Shown here one piece after another: positions 1 to 9,363 of a DNA stretch of 48,611 nt. The translations under genes were made by a program, and so were the position numbers. The notes beneath the pieces were generated by a model, which saw only the letters and a program-made list of their open reading frames with translations, made no database searches and was not told where the DNA came from. This DNA is from an uncultured bacterium (GTDB lineage Bacteria; Eisenbacteria; RBG-16-71-46; JABDJR01): contig CAYRIJ010000002.1 in the NCBI GenBank assembly GCA_964424285.1, forward strand, positions 6,261 through 54,871. The letters run 5' to 3'. The first letter of the stretch is position 1, and every line of letters starts with the position of its first letter.

Positions 1-2
1 CC

Positions 3-410
3 GCCACCACCCTCTCCGGGGGCGAGGCCCAGCGCATGAAGCTCTCCTCGGAACTGGCCAAGGTGGCCACCGGGCGGACCTTCTACATTCTTGACGAGCC
101 CACCACCGGCCTCCACATCCACGACGTGGAGCAGCTGCTGGCGGTCCTGAACCAGCTGGTGGACCGGGGCAACACCGTGGTGGTGATCGAGCACAATCTC
201 GACGTGGTGAAGACCGCGGATCATCTGATCGATCTGGGCCCCGAGGGGGGCGATGAGGGGGGACGCGTGGTGGCCGTCGGGTCGCCGGAGGAGGTGGCGG
301 CCAGCCGCGGTTCCTATACCGGGCAGGCGCTCAAGGAAGTACTGGGGATCAAGGACCGCAAGCCGCCCCGCGACCACGTCGCGGCGAGGGGCCTGGCGAG
401 CGGGAGGTAA
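3..410 (+). CDS. uvrA: Excinuclease ABC subunit A, C-terminal fragment (5' end lies outside the window)
   Basis: The frame is open from base 3. It shows the ABC signature LSGGEAQR, the Walker B-like [12 protein letters not shown] and [10 protein letters not shown], followed by the typical UvrA C-terminal end. Confidence 0.9.
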   Translation, partial: ATTLSGGEAQRMKLSSELAKVATGRTFYILDEPTTGLHIHDVEQLLAVLNQLVDRGNTVVVIEHNLDVVKTADHLIDLGPEGGDEGGRVVAVGSPEEVAASRGSYTGQALKEVLGIKDRKPPRDHVAARGLASGR

Positions 411-419
411 GGAGGAGCC

Positions 420-2081
420 ATGGAAGTCGACGTGAAGCTCAGCGTGAGGCAGGGGGATATCGCCTCGGTCGGGGGACCGGCGGTGGCGGTCAATCTCTTC
501 GACGGGGTGACCACACCGGGCGGGGCCACCAAGGCCGTGGACGAGGCGACGGGCGGAGTCATCACCCGCGCGCTGGAATCCGGGGACTTCAAGGGAAAGC
601 TGGAGGAGGTCCTGGTCCTCTACCCGAAGGACAAGGGGAAGGGCGTGCCCGAGCGGGTGATCCTCCTGGGGCTGGGGGCCAAGGACGCGTTCGACACCGA
701 GGCGGCCCGGCGGGTGGGCGGCGTCCTGGCCGGCGCCCTGCGCCGGCTGAAGGTGGAGCGGGCGGCCACCGTGGTTCACGGCGGCGGGTCCGGGAAGCCG
801 GTTCGCGAGCTGGCCCGGGGTCTGGCCGAGGGATTCCTGCTCGGAGCCTATCGCTACGACAACTGGTTCCGCGACGGACGGGCCGAGCCCCTTGCGCTCA
901 AGGAGCTCACCGTTCTCGAGGGCAGGAAGGGTAGCCTCAAGTCGATTCAGGCGGGAATCGCCCACGGGAGCGCGGTGGCCGGCTCGGCCAACCAGGCCCG
1001 CGAGCTGGCCAACGGTCCGGGCAACTTCTGCACCCCGACCCACCTGGCGGACACCGCCCGCCAGCTCGGGCGGAAGTACGGCTTCAAGGTGAAGGTGCTC
1101 GAGCGGGCGGACTGCGAGAAGATGGGGATGGGGGCGTTCATGGGGGTGGCCCGCGGGGCCAAGGAGCCTCCGAAGTTCATCATCATGGAGTACGAGGGCA
1201 AGAGCCCCCGGGGCACGGTCTGCCTGGTGGGGAAGGGGATCACCTTCGACTCCGGGGGGATCAGCCTGAAGCCCGGGGCGGACATGGAGCTCATGAAGTT
1301 CGACATGGGCGGAGCGGCGGCGGTGATCGGCGCCATGCGGTTCGCCGCCGAGACCCGGGTGCCGCTCAAGGTGGTGGGGCTGGTGGCCTCGACCAACAAC
1401 CTCCCCGACGGCGACGCCTACAAGCCGGGGGACGTGCTGACCTCCCTGGCCGGGGTCACCATCGAGGTGAAGAACACCGACGCCGAGGGGCGGCTGGTCC
1501 TGGCCGACGCCCTGGCCTACGCCGAGCGCTACCAGCCGGACGCGGTGGTCGACCTGGCCACCTTGACCGGGGCCTGCGTGATCGCCCTGGGGAGCCATGC
1601 CGCCGGCCTCATGGGGAACGACGAGTGGCTCCTCGACGCGGTGCACGGCGCCTCGAGTTCCGCCGGCGAGCGCGCCTGGCCGCTCCCCCTGTGGTCCGAG
1701 TACCGCGAGATGGTGAAGAGCGACGTGGCCGACATCAAGAACACCGCCGGCCGCGAAGCGGGGGCGATCACCGCCGGCGCCTTCCTCGGCGCCTTCACCA
1801 ACGCCTACCGGTGGGCTCACATCGACATCGCCGGGGTGGCGTGGAACCCGCCGCCGAAGCCGTACATGACCACCGGGGGAACCGGGGCCGGAGTCCGGAT
1901 TCTGGCCGAGCTTCTGACCAACTGGAAGAAGCCCAAGGGGACCGGTCCGTCGCCGGGGCCGCGGACCTCGCTCCGAAGCCTTCCCAGGGATCTGCCGGGA
2001 GCGTTCCAGGCTCCCGAGCCGAAGGTCGGCGGGGTGAAGCCGCGGGCGCGGAAGAAGGCGGCGAAGAAGAAGCGGGGGTAA
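420..2081 (+). CDS. pepA: Leucyl aminopeptidase, peptidase family M17, with an extra Lys/Pro-rich C-terminal tail
   Basis: M17 signature NTDAEGRLVLADAL and the GKGITFDSGG motif are present. AGGAGG RBS lies 5 nt upstream of the ATG at 420. Confidence 0.9.
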   Translation: MEVDVKLSVRQGDIASVGGPAVAVNLFDGVTTPGGATKAVDEATGGVITRALESGDFKGKLEEVLVLYPKDKGKGVPERVILLGLGAKDAFDTEAARRVGGVLAGALRRLKVERAATVVHGGGSGKPVRELARGLAEGFLLGAYRYDNWFRDGRAEPLALKELTVLEGRKGSLKSIQAGIAHGSAVAGSANQARELANGPGNFCTPTHLADTARQLGRKYGFKVKVLERADCEKMGMGAFMGVARGAKEPPKFIIMEYEGKSPRGTVCLVGKGITFDSGGISLKPGADMELMKFDMGGAAAVIGAMRFAAETRVPLKVVGLVASTNNLPDGDAYKPGDVLTSLAGVTIEVKNTDAEGRLVLADALAYAERYQPDAVVDLATLTGACVIALGSHAAGLMGNDEWLLDAVHGASSSAGERAWPLPLWSEYREMVKSDVADIKNTAGREAGAITAGAFLGAFTNAYRWAHIDIAGVAWNPPPKPYMTTGGTGAGVRILAELLTNWKKPKGTGPSPGPRTSLRSLPRDLPGAFQAPEPKVGGVKPRARKKAAKKKRG

Positions 2082-2322
2082 TCCCGCCCGGCCGGAGTCG
2101 AACCGCCCCGGCGGCGCCGCTCGCGGAGGCGGCCGGGGCGGGTTTCCTCGCGGAAGGACCGCGATCGGGGGCGAAAGCCCTGTGATAGACTTCACGGGCT
2201 TTGGGCCCCCCGAGCGCGCAAGTTGACGCGAGGGGCGCGGTTGCCGGGGTCGGCGGCCGGGAACGCCCCGGTGTTGCGGGCGGCCCGGCCGGCGCGGAGC
2301 CGGGATCGGGAGGAGAAGGATC

Positions 2323-3447
2323 ATGGCAGCCACCGACGGGAAACAGACCGCCCTCTACGCGCGCCACCGGGAGCTGGGGGCCCGGATGGTCCCCTTCGCG
2401 GGGTATCTGATGCCGCTCCAGTACTCGGGTCAGATCGCCGAGCACGAGGCGGTGCGCGGGGGCCTCGGGATCTTCGATCTCTCCCACATGGGGGAGTTCC
2501 GGCTCACCGGACCCGAGGCGCTGGCCGCGGCGGACCGCCTGGTCACCAACCGCGTCGCCGGCACCGCGACCGGCCAGGCGGTGTACTCCCCGATGTGCCG
2601 GGAGGACGGGGGGATCGTGGACGACCTGATCGTCTACCACCTCCCCGATTCGGTGCTCCTGGTGGTGAACGCGGCGAACCTGGCCAAGGACGAGGCCTGG
2701 GTGCGCGAGCGCCTGCCGCGCTCGGTGGCGTTTCGGAACGAATCCGACGAGACCTCGCTCATCGCGGTGCAGGGGCCGGGGACGGAGGCGTTCCTTTCCC
2801 GGCTCACCGCCACCGACCTGCCCGCCATGGACACCTACACCGCGCGGGCGGGGGAGGTGGCCGGGATCGGCGTCCTGATCTCGCGGACCGGGTATACCGG
2901 CGAGGACGGGTTCGAGCTCTACGTGAGCGACTCCCGGGCTCCGGAGCTCTGGGACCGGCTCCTCGACGAGGGCCGAACGGCGGGGATCACCCCGGTGGGG
3001 CTGGCCGCCCGCGACACCCTGCGTTTCGAGATGGGCTACTGCCTCTACGGAAACGACATCGACGACACCACCTCGCCCCTGGAGGCGGGGCTGGGGTGGA
3101 CGGTCAAGACGGCCAAGGACGACTTCATCGGGAAGGGGGCGCTCCTCGCCCAGAAGAGTTCGGGGATCCCGCGCCGCCTGGTGGGCCTCACTCCGGCCGG
3201 CGAGAAGGTGATCCCCCGCAGGGGGTATGCGATCCGCGCGGAAGACCGCCCCGCCGGCGTGGTGACCAGCGGCTCCTTCGCCCCCTCGCTGGGGCGGGGG
3301 CTGGCCATGGGCTACGTCGACGCCGCCCACGCCGCGCCGGGGACCGGCGTGGCCATCGACCTGCGCGGCCGGAGCGAGGTCGCCGCGGTGACCCCCCTGC
3401 CCTTTTATACCCGCGGGAGCCGCAAGGCCCCCCGCAAGACGGCGTGA
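2323..3447 (+). CDS. gcvT: Glycine cleavage system T protein (aminomethyltransferase)
   Basis: The N-terminus (KQTALYARHRELGARMVPFAGYLMPLQY), GIFDLSHMGEF and SRTGYTGEDGFEL are typical of GcvT. It has an RBS (GGAGGAG) and is followed by gcvH and gcvP. Confidence 0.95.
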   Translation: MAATDGKQTALYARHRELGARMVPFAGYLMPLQYSGQIAEHEAVRGGLGIFDLSHMGEFRLTGPEALAAADRLVTNRVAGTATGQAVYSPMCREDGGIVDDLIVYHLPDSVLLVVNAANLAKDEAWVRERLPRSVAFRNESDETSLIAVQGPGTEAFLSRLTATDLPAMDTYTARAGEVAGIGVLISRTGYTGEDGFELYVSDSRAPELWDRLLDEGRTAGITPVGLAARDTLRFEMGYCLYGNDIDDTTSPLEAGLGWTVKTAKDDFIGKGALLAQKSSGIPRRLVGLTPAGEKVIPRRGYAIRAEDRPAGVVTSGSFAPSLGRGLAMGYVDAAHAAPGTGVAIDLRGRSEVAAVTPLPFYTRGSRKAPRKTA

Positions 3448-3478
3448 CCCCAAGGACCGAGAGGAAGAGGAGGACGGC

Positions 3479-3865
3479 ATGGAGACGCCCAAGAATCTGA
3501 AGTACACCGTGGACCACGAGTGGGTGCGGCTGGAGGGGAAGACCGCGGTGATGGGGATCACCGACTACGCCCAGGGCGAGCTGGGGGACATCGTGTTCGT
3601 GGAGCTTCCCGGGGCCGACACCGAGGTCGAGCAGGGCGGGGTGTTCGGCACCATCGAGGCGGTGAAGACGGTGAGCGATCTCATGTCCCCGGTGTCGGGG
3701 AAGGTGATCGAGGTGAACGCCGCCCTGAACGACAGCCCCGAGGACATCAACAAGTCCCCCTACGGGGACGGATGGATGCTCAAGATCGAGGTGGCCGACC
3801 CCTCCGAGCTGGACAAGCTCATGGACGCCGACGCCTACGCCGCCCACGTGGGGGAGGGGCACTGA
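3479..3865 (+). CDS. gcvH: Glycine cleavage system H protein (lipoyl carrier)
   Basis: Y(T)xxHEW beginning, lipoyl-lysine context GTIEAVKTVSDL, size of 128 aa, and position between gcvT and gcvP. Confidence 0.95.
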   Translation: METPKNLKYTVDHEWVRLEGKTAVMGITDYAQGELGDIVFVELPGADTEVEQGGVFGTIEAVKTVSDLMSPVSGKVIEVNAALNDSPEDINKSPYGDGWMLKIEVADPSELDKLMDADAYAAHVGEGH

Positions 3866-3866
3866 G

Positions 3867-5231
3867 TTGAGATTCCCCTACGTTCCCCGCGGCGACGGGG
3901 AAGAGGAGGCGATGCTGGCCGCCATCGGCGTCCCCTCCTTCGAGGCGCTCCTGGCCCCGGTGCCGGAGGCGTTCCGCCTCCGGCAACCCCTGAACCTTCC
4001 CGGTCCCAAGAGCGAGTTCGAAGTGGCCCGCCGCCTCGGCGCCCTGGCCGAGAAGAACGGGCACACCGACCGGCGCCGGGTGTTCCTGGGCGCGGGCATC
4101 TACGACCACATCGTCCCCGCCGCGGTGGATCACCTGTCGTTCCGTTCCGAGTTCTACACCGCCTACACCCCGTACCAGCCCGAGGTGTCCCAGGGGACCC
4201 TCATCGCCACCTTCGAGTTCCAGACCATGATGGCCGAGCTCACCGGGATGGACCTCACCAATGCCTCGCTCTACGACGGGGCCACCGCGCTGGCCGAGGC
4301 CGCCCTCCTCGCGGTCTCGGTGACCAAGCGGAAGCGGCTGGTGGTGGCGGGGCCGCTCCACCCCCACTATCTCCAGGTCCTCACGACCTTCTGCCAGGGG
4401 CAGGACATCGCCATCGCGGTGGATCCCGCCCCCGACGGGGTGGTCGATCGGGGCTGGGTGCGGGACGCCCTGGGGGGAGAGACGGCGGCGGTGATCGCCC
4501 AGGGGCCCAATTTCTTCGGCATCGTGGAGGACCTGACCGATCTCTTCGCCGAGGCCCGCGCCGCCGGGGCCCGGACCATCCAGGTCTTCGAGCCCCATGC
4601 CCTCGCGCTCTATCGGACCCCGGGCTCCATGGGAGCCGACCTCGCGGTGGGGGAGGGGATCTCCCTGGGCACCCCGCCCTCCTTCGGCGGGCCCGCCCTC
4701 GGTCTGTTCACCGCCCGGGAGGAGTTCGTTCGCTACGTCCCCGGCCGGTTGATCGGCGAGACCCTGGACCGGGACGGGAAGCGCGCCTACGTGATGACGC
4801 TCCAGACCCGCGAGCAGCACATCCGCCGGGAGCGGGCGACCTCGAACATCTGCACCAACCAGGGGCTCCTGGCCCTCAGGGCGGTCATCTACCTCTCCCT
4901 GATGGGACCGAAGGGGATGCGGGAAACCGCCGAGCAGTGCCTGGAGCGCGCGCACTACGCGGCGGAGCGGCTGGGCGGTCTCGACGGTTTCCGGATTCGC
5001 CATGCCGCCCCGTTCTTCCACGAGTTCGTGCTGGAGTGCCCGCGCCCGGCCCGGGAGATCGTGCGCGGGTGCCTGTCCCGCGGGGTGATTCCCGGGGTGA
5101 ACCTGGGCCGGTTCGCCGATCTCGGCCCGGAGGGGGCGGACCGGTTGCTCCTGGTCTGCGTCACCGAAAAGCATTCCCGCGAGGACCTGGATGCCCTGGT
5201 GGACGCGGTGAAGGAGGCGGCCCGTGGCTGA
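3867..5231 (+). CDS. gcvPA: Glycine dehydrogenase (decarboxylating) subunit 1
   Basis: Split P-protein N-terminal subunit with SEFYTAYTPYQPEVSQGTL and ATSNICTNQ motifs. TTG start 1 nt after the gcvH stop, with a GGGAGGGG RBS. Confidence 0.93.
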   Translation: MRFPYVPRGDGEEEAMLAAIGVPSFEALLAPVPEAFRLRQPLNLPGPKSEFEVARRLGALAEKNGHTDRRRVFLGAGIYDHIVPAAVDHLSFRSEFYTAYTPYQPEVSQGTLIATFEFQTMMAELTGMDLTNASLYDGATALAEAALLAVSVTKRKRLVVAGPLHPHYLQVLTTFCQGQDIAIAVDPAPDGVVDRGWVRDALGGETAAVIAQGPNFFGIVEDLTDLFAEARAAGARTIQVFEPHALALYRTPGSMGADLAVGEGISLGTPPSFGGPALGLFTAREEFVRYVPGRLIGETLDRDGKRAYVMTLQTREQHIRRERATSNICTNQGLLALRAVIYLSLMGPKGMRETAEQCLERAHYAAERLGGLDGFRIRHAAPFFHEFVLECPRPAREIVRGCLSRGVIPGVNLGRFADLGPEGADRLLLVCVTEKHSREDLDALVDAVKEAARG

Positions 5232-6690
5232 GAAGCTCATCTTCGAACACTCCCGGCCGGGGGTGCGGGGAGCGATCCTCCCCGAGCTGGACGTTCCGGT
5301 GCGGGGAAGCGCCCACTGGGTGCCCGAGGGCCTGGGGCGCGTGAAGCCCCTCGATCTCCCCGAGGTCAGCGAGCCCGAGGTGGTGCGCCACTTCACCAAC
5401 CTCTCGGTGCTGAACCATCACGTGGACAAGGCCATCTATCCCCTGGGGTCGTGCACCATGAAGTACAACCCCAAGATCAACGACCGCCTGGCCGCCCTCC
5501 CCGGCTTCGCCGGCCTTCACCCCATGACTCCGGAAGCGGACTGCCAGGGGGCGCTGGAACTCCTGAAGTCGCTGGAAACCGCCCTGGCCGAGATCACCGG
5601 GCTGCCCGCGGTGTCGCTCCAGCCCGCGGCGGGAGCCGAGGGGGAGCTGACCGCGATGCTGGTGGCCCGGGCCTGGCACGCCGACCGCGGCGAGTTCCGC
5701 GACGAGGTGGTGATTCCCGATTCCGCCCACGGCACCAACCCGGCCTCGGTGCGGATCGCCGGCATGAAGGCGGTGGAAATCAAGTCCAACCCCCAGGGGC
5801 GGGTGGATCTCGCGGCCCTGGAGAAGGCGGTGGGGCCCCGCACCGCGGCCATGATGCTCACCAACCCCAACACCCTCGGCAACTTCGAGACGGAGATCGA
5901 GGCCATCTCCGGGATCGTGCACCGGGCCGGGGGGCTCATGTACCTGGACGGGGCCAACATGAACGCGCTGGTGGGCCTCTGCCGGCCGGGGGAGATGGGC
6001 TTCGACATGATGCACCTGAACCTCCACAAGACCTTTTCCACGCCCCACGGGGGCGGGGGGCCGGGAGCGGGGCCGATCGCGGTGCGGGAGGACCTGAGGC
6101 CGTTCCTGCCCTACCCGGTCCTGACCGAGGACGAGAACGGGTTCCGCTTCGAGTACGTCCGGCCCAAATCGGTGGGCCGCGTCCACGGCTTCTTCGGAAA
6201 CTTCGGGGTCCTGGTGCGGGCCATGGCCTACATCATGAGCCTCGGCGCTCCCGGGCTCTCCGCGGTGAGCCGGGGGGCCATCCTGAACGCCAACTATCTC
6301 CTGGCCCGGCTCCGGGGGGACTACACCCTCCGGTATCCCGGGCCCTGCATGCACGAGTTCGTGCTCTCGGCGGTGAAGCAGAAGAAGCGGGGGGTCCGGG
6401 CGGCCGACATCTCGAAGCGCCTGCTGGATTTCGGGGTGCACGCCCCCACCACCTACTTCCCCCTGATCGTGGAGGAGGCGCTCATGATCGAGCCCACCGA
6501 GAGCGAGTCCAAGGAGTCCCTGGATCGCTTCGTGGAGATCATGCAGACCATCGCCCGGGAAGCGGAGGAGGAGCCGGAGCGGGTGAAGACCGCGCCCCAT
6601 ACCACGCCGGTGGCCCGCCCGGACGAGGCGCGGGCCGCGCGGCAACTCAAGCTCAGGTGGATGCCCGGTGACGGCGAGGGCCACCGATAA
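5224..6690 (+). CDS. gcvPB: Glycine dehydrogenase (decarboxylating) subunit 2
   Basis: PLP-lysine context HLNLHKTFSTPHGGGGPG. GTG start overlaps the gcvPA stop by 8 nt. N-terminus LIFEHSRPG is typical. Confidence 0.95.
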   Translation: MAEKLIFEHSRPGVRGAILPELDVPVRGSAHWVPEGLGRVKPLDLPEVSEPEVVRHFTNLSVLNHHVDKAIYPLGSCTMKYNPKINDRLAALPGFAGLHPMTPEADCQGALELLKSLETALAEITGLPAVSLQPAAGAEGELTAMLVARAWHADRGEFRDEVVIPDSAHGTNPASVRIAGMKAVEIKSNPQGRVDLAALEKAVGPRTAAMMLTNPNTLGNFETEIEAISGIVHRAGGLMYLDGANMNALVGLCRPGEMGFDMMHLNLHKTFSTPHGGGGPGAGPIAVREDLRPFLPYPVLTEDENGFRFEYVRPKSVGRVHGFFGNFGVLVRAMAYIMSLGAPGLSAVSRGAILNANYLLARLRGDYTLRYPGPCMHEFVLSAVKQKKRGVRAADISKRLLDFGVHAPTTYFPLIVEEALMIEPTESESKESLDRFVEIMQTIAREAEEEPERVKTAPHTTPVARPDEARAARQLKLRWMPGDGEGHR

Positions 6691-7099
6691 GGTGGAGCTC
6701 ACGTGGCGGGTGCGCCCGTTCCGCGCGGAACGGGCCAAGGGGATTTCCGCGCTGGCCGTGGTGGCCGGGGCGATCTACGCCAGCTTCGCGCTGGGAGGCT
6801 TGGTGATCGGCCTTTTCGCCGCCCTGATCCTGGTGGGCGGGGTGGGGCCGTTCTTCGTCTCCACCTCCTACCGGCTCACCCCGGAACGGGTGGAGGTGCG
6901 GTCCGCCTTCCAGCGCACGGCCCGGCCGTGGCGGGACTTCCGCCAGGCCTTCGTGGGGGAGAAGGGAGTGAGCCTGAGCCCGTTCCGGGGCCGGCACCCC
7001 CTGGAGCCCTATCGGAGCGTCATGCTTCGCTACGGCGAACACCGGGAGGAGATCCTGGACTGGGTGCGCCGGTTCGGTCCCGGCGGGGACGGGGAGTGA
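6668..7099 (+). CDS. Hypothetical small membrane protein (two adjacent TM helices followed by a soluble domain of about 70 aa)
   Basis: ORF in coding-like GC3 style. Hydrophobic stretch ISALAVVAGAIYASFALGGLVIGLFAALILVGGVGPFF. Either the GTG at 6668 (overlaps gcvPB) or the GTG at 6692 (1 nt after the gcvPB stop) could be the start. I recognise no family. Confidence 0.5.
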   Translation: MTARATDKVELTWRVRPFRAERAKGISALAVVAGAIYASFALGGLVIGLFAALILVGGVGPFFVSTSYRLTPERVEVRSAFQRTARPWRDFRQAFVGEKGVSLSPFRGRHPLEPYRSVMLRYGEHREEILDWVRRFGPGGDGE

Positions 7100-7509
7100 C
7101 GGTGGGGATCTTTGGCCGCCGGCCGCCGGGGGACGGCCCGCCGGAGCCTCGGGAGGACGAGCCGGGGCTCAGCGGGGAAGACGCCGCCCTCCTGGACCGG
7201 ATGGCGGCCTGGCTCGCCGAACGGCGGCTGGCCGTTCCGGCGGTGCTCTTCCTGGAGTCGGTGAAGCCGCTGAACTTCGTGGGGAGCCAGATGATGTTCT
7301 TCTTCGAGCCGGTGGTGCGGGCGGTGATCCAGGGGGGAAGCTACAGCCGGTTCGCCTCCATCATGGAGGAGCGGGAGAACATGGAGGAGTTTCTCCGCCG
7401 CATCGAGGCGGCGGACGAGGCCCGGCGGGAGAAGGATCGCGCGGCCAAGACCGCGAAGCGGGGGGGCGGGGGAAGGAAGACGGACAAGCCCGAGAGGAGA
7501 GAACGTTGA
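7096..7509 (+). CDS. Hypothetical protein (Pro/acidic N-terminus, one hydrophobic segment, basic Lys/Arg C-terminus)
   Basis: This is the C-terminal part of track ORF 6703..7509. GTG at 7096 forms a GTGA overlap with the upstream stop. Hydrophobic core LAVPAVLFLESVKPLNFVGSQMMFFFEPVV. The start is uncertain; GTG at 7102 is also possible. Confidence 0.45.
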   Translation: MTVGIFGRRPPGDGPPEPREDEPGLSGEDAALLDRMAAWLAERRLAVPAVLFLESVKPLNFVGSQMMFFFEPVVRAVIQGGSYSRFASIMEERENMEEFLRRIEAADEARREKDRAAKTAKRGGGGRKTDKPERRER

Positions 7510-9341
7510 GCGAACCGACCTTGCCGAAGGAGGTGCGGTCCGTCCTGGCCACGGACTGCGGCAGCACCACCACCAAGGCCATCCTGATCGAGAAGCGCGG
7601 AGACGAGTACCGCCTCATCGTCCGCGGAGAGGCCCCCACCACGGTGGAAGCGCCCTTCGAGGACGTGACCAAGGGGGTGCTGAACTCCGTCCGCGAGGTG
7701 GAGGAGCTGGCCGGCCGCCAGATCCTCGACGGCGAGACGATCATCACCCCCCAGGTGGGGGACAAGGGAGTGGACATCTACCTCTCCACCTCCTCCGCCG
7801 GCGGCGGGCTCCAGATGATGGTGACCGGGGTGGTGAAGACCATGACCGGGGAATCGGCGGAGCGGGCGGCGCTGGGGGCGGGCGCGATCGTGATGGACGT
7901 GATCGCCTCCAACGACGGGCGGCTCCCCTACCAGAAGATCCAGCGCATCCGCCAGCTTCGCCCCGACATGATCCTCCTCTCCGGAGGCGTGGACGGAGGC
8001 ACGACCAAGCACGTGGTCGAGCTGGGCGAGCTCATCTCCGCCGCCGATCCCAAGGCCCGGCTGGGGCTCAGCTACAAGCTCCCCATCATCTACGCCGGCA
8101 ACACCGACGCCCGCGGGAACATCGAGGAGATCCTGGGGGAGAAGACCGCGCTCAGCGTGGTGGACAACCTCCGTCCCACCATGGAGCGCGAAAACCTCAT
8201 GCCCGCCCGCCACGCCATCCACGATCTGTTCATGGAGCACGTGATGGCCCAGGCTCCGGGCTACAAGAAGCTCATGTCCTGGACCCCGGTTCCCATCATG
8301 CCGACCCCGGCGGCCATGGGGCGGATCATCGAATCGGTGGGGGAGAAGGAAGGGATCGACGTCCTGGGGGTGGACATCGGGGGGGCCACCACCGACGTGT
8401 TCTCGGTGTTCTCCAAGGTCTTCAACCGCACCGTGTCCGCCAACCTCGGCATGTCGTACTCGGTCTCCAACGTCCTGGCCGAGGCGGGGGTGGAGAACGT
8501 CATGCGCTGGGTCCCCTTCGAGCTGGAGGAGGCGGACCTCCGCAACCGGGTCAAGAACAAGATGATTCGCCCCACCACCATTCCCCAGACCCGGCAGGAG
8601 CTCATGGTGGAGCAGGCCCTGGCCCGGGAGGCCCTCCGGCTGGCCTTCGCCCAGCACAAGGCGCTGGCGGTGGGGCTCAAGGGGGTCCAGCAGGAGCGCA
8701 CCATCTCCGACACCTTCGAGCAGACCACCTCGGGGGAGACCCTGGTGAGCCTGGATTCCCTGGCCCTGGTGGTGGGCTCGGGAGGGGTGCTGTCCCACGC
8801 CCCGCGGCGCCAGCAGGCCATGCTGATGATGACCGACGCCTTCCTCCCCGAGGGGGTCACCGAGATGGCGGTGGACTCGATCTTCATGATGCCGCACCTC
8901 GGGGTGCTCTCCACCCGGTACCCGGCGGTGGCCACCGAGGTCTTCGAGAAGGACTGCATGATCCGCCTCGGCACCACCGTGGCCCCCTGGGGAGACGGGA
9001 AGGCGGGCCAGCCCGCCTTCACCGCCCGCATCAAGTTCGCCGACGGGCGGGAGGAGAGCCACTCCCTCGACTACGGCGATCTGCGGCTTCTGCCCCTGGG
9101 GGTGGGGGAAGAGGCCGAGGTCCATCTTGAACCCTCGAAGCACCTCGACTTCGGCGAGGGGAAGGGACGCTCCGCGACCCGGACCTTGAAGGGAGGGGTG
9201 GTGGGGATTCTGCTCGACGCCCGGGGGCGGCGGCCCTTCCGGCTTCCCGCGGACCGCGCGCGGCGGGTGGAAGCGCTCCGCCGCTGGAACCGGGCCGTGG
9301 ACATGTATGCGGACCCCGCGTCCGCGACCGCCGCCGACTAG
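7506..9341 (+). CDS. GlmL/MutL-family actin-fold (ASKHA-like) ATPase, long form
   Basis: N-terminal phosphate-1 motif LATDCGSTTTKAILIE, a second nucleotide motif VLGVDIGGATTDVFSV, and LLSGGVDGGT. TTG start in a TTGA overlap with the upstream stop, with a GAGGAGAG RBS. The family assignment is from memory of glutamate-mutase accessory protein relatives. Confidence 0.7.
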   Translation: MSEPTLPKEVRSVLATDCGSTTTKAILIEKRGDEYRLIVRGEAPTTVEAPFEDVTKGVLNSVREVEELAGRQILDGETIITPQVGDKGVDIYLSTSSAGGGLQMMVTGVVKTMTGESAERAALGAGAIVMDVIASNDGRLPYQKIQRIRQLRPDMILLSGGVDGGTTKHVVELGELISAADPKARLGLSYKLPIIYAGNTDARGNIEEILGEKTALSVVDNLRPTMERENLMPARHAIHDLFMEHVMAQAPGYKKLMSWTPVPIMPTPAAMGRIIESVGEKEGIDVLGVDIGGATTDVFSVFSKVFNRTVSANLGMSYSVSNVLAEAGVENVMRWVPFELEEADLRNRVKNKMIRPTTIPQTRQELMVEQALAREALRLAFAQHKALAVGLKGVQQERTISDTFEQTTSGETLVSLDSLALVVGSGGVLSHAPRRQQAMLMMTDAFLPEGVTEMAVDSIFMMPHLGVLSTRYPAVATEVFEKDCMIRLGTTVAPWGDGKAGQPAFTARIKFADGREESHSLDYGDLRLLPLGVGEEAEVHLEPSKHLDFGEGKGRSATRTLKGGVVGILLDARGRRPFRLPADRARRVEALRRWNRAVDMYADPASATAAD

Positions 9342-9363
9342 GAACCGAGGAAAGGAAGCGCAC

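Noticed and set aside
2082-2322. Possible glycine riboswitch upstream of gcvT, which is the classic location for one
   Set aside because: I could not find the conserved aptamer cores (GGAGAG ... CCGAAGG.GCAA ... CUCAGGCAAAAGGAC). Only a GGAAGGACC fragment and a generic hairpin (AAAGCCC/GGGCTTT, 2174-2202, extendable to GGGGG/CCCCC) are present. An Infernal scan with RF00504 would settle it.
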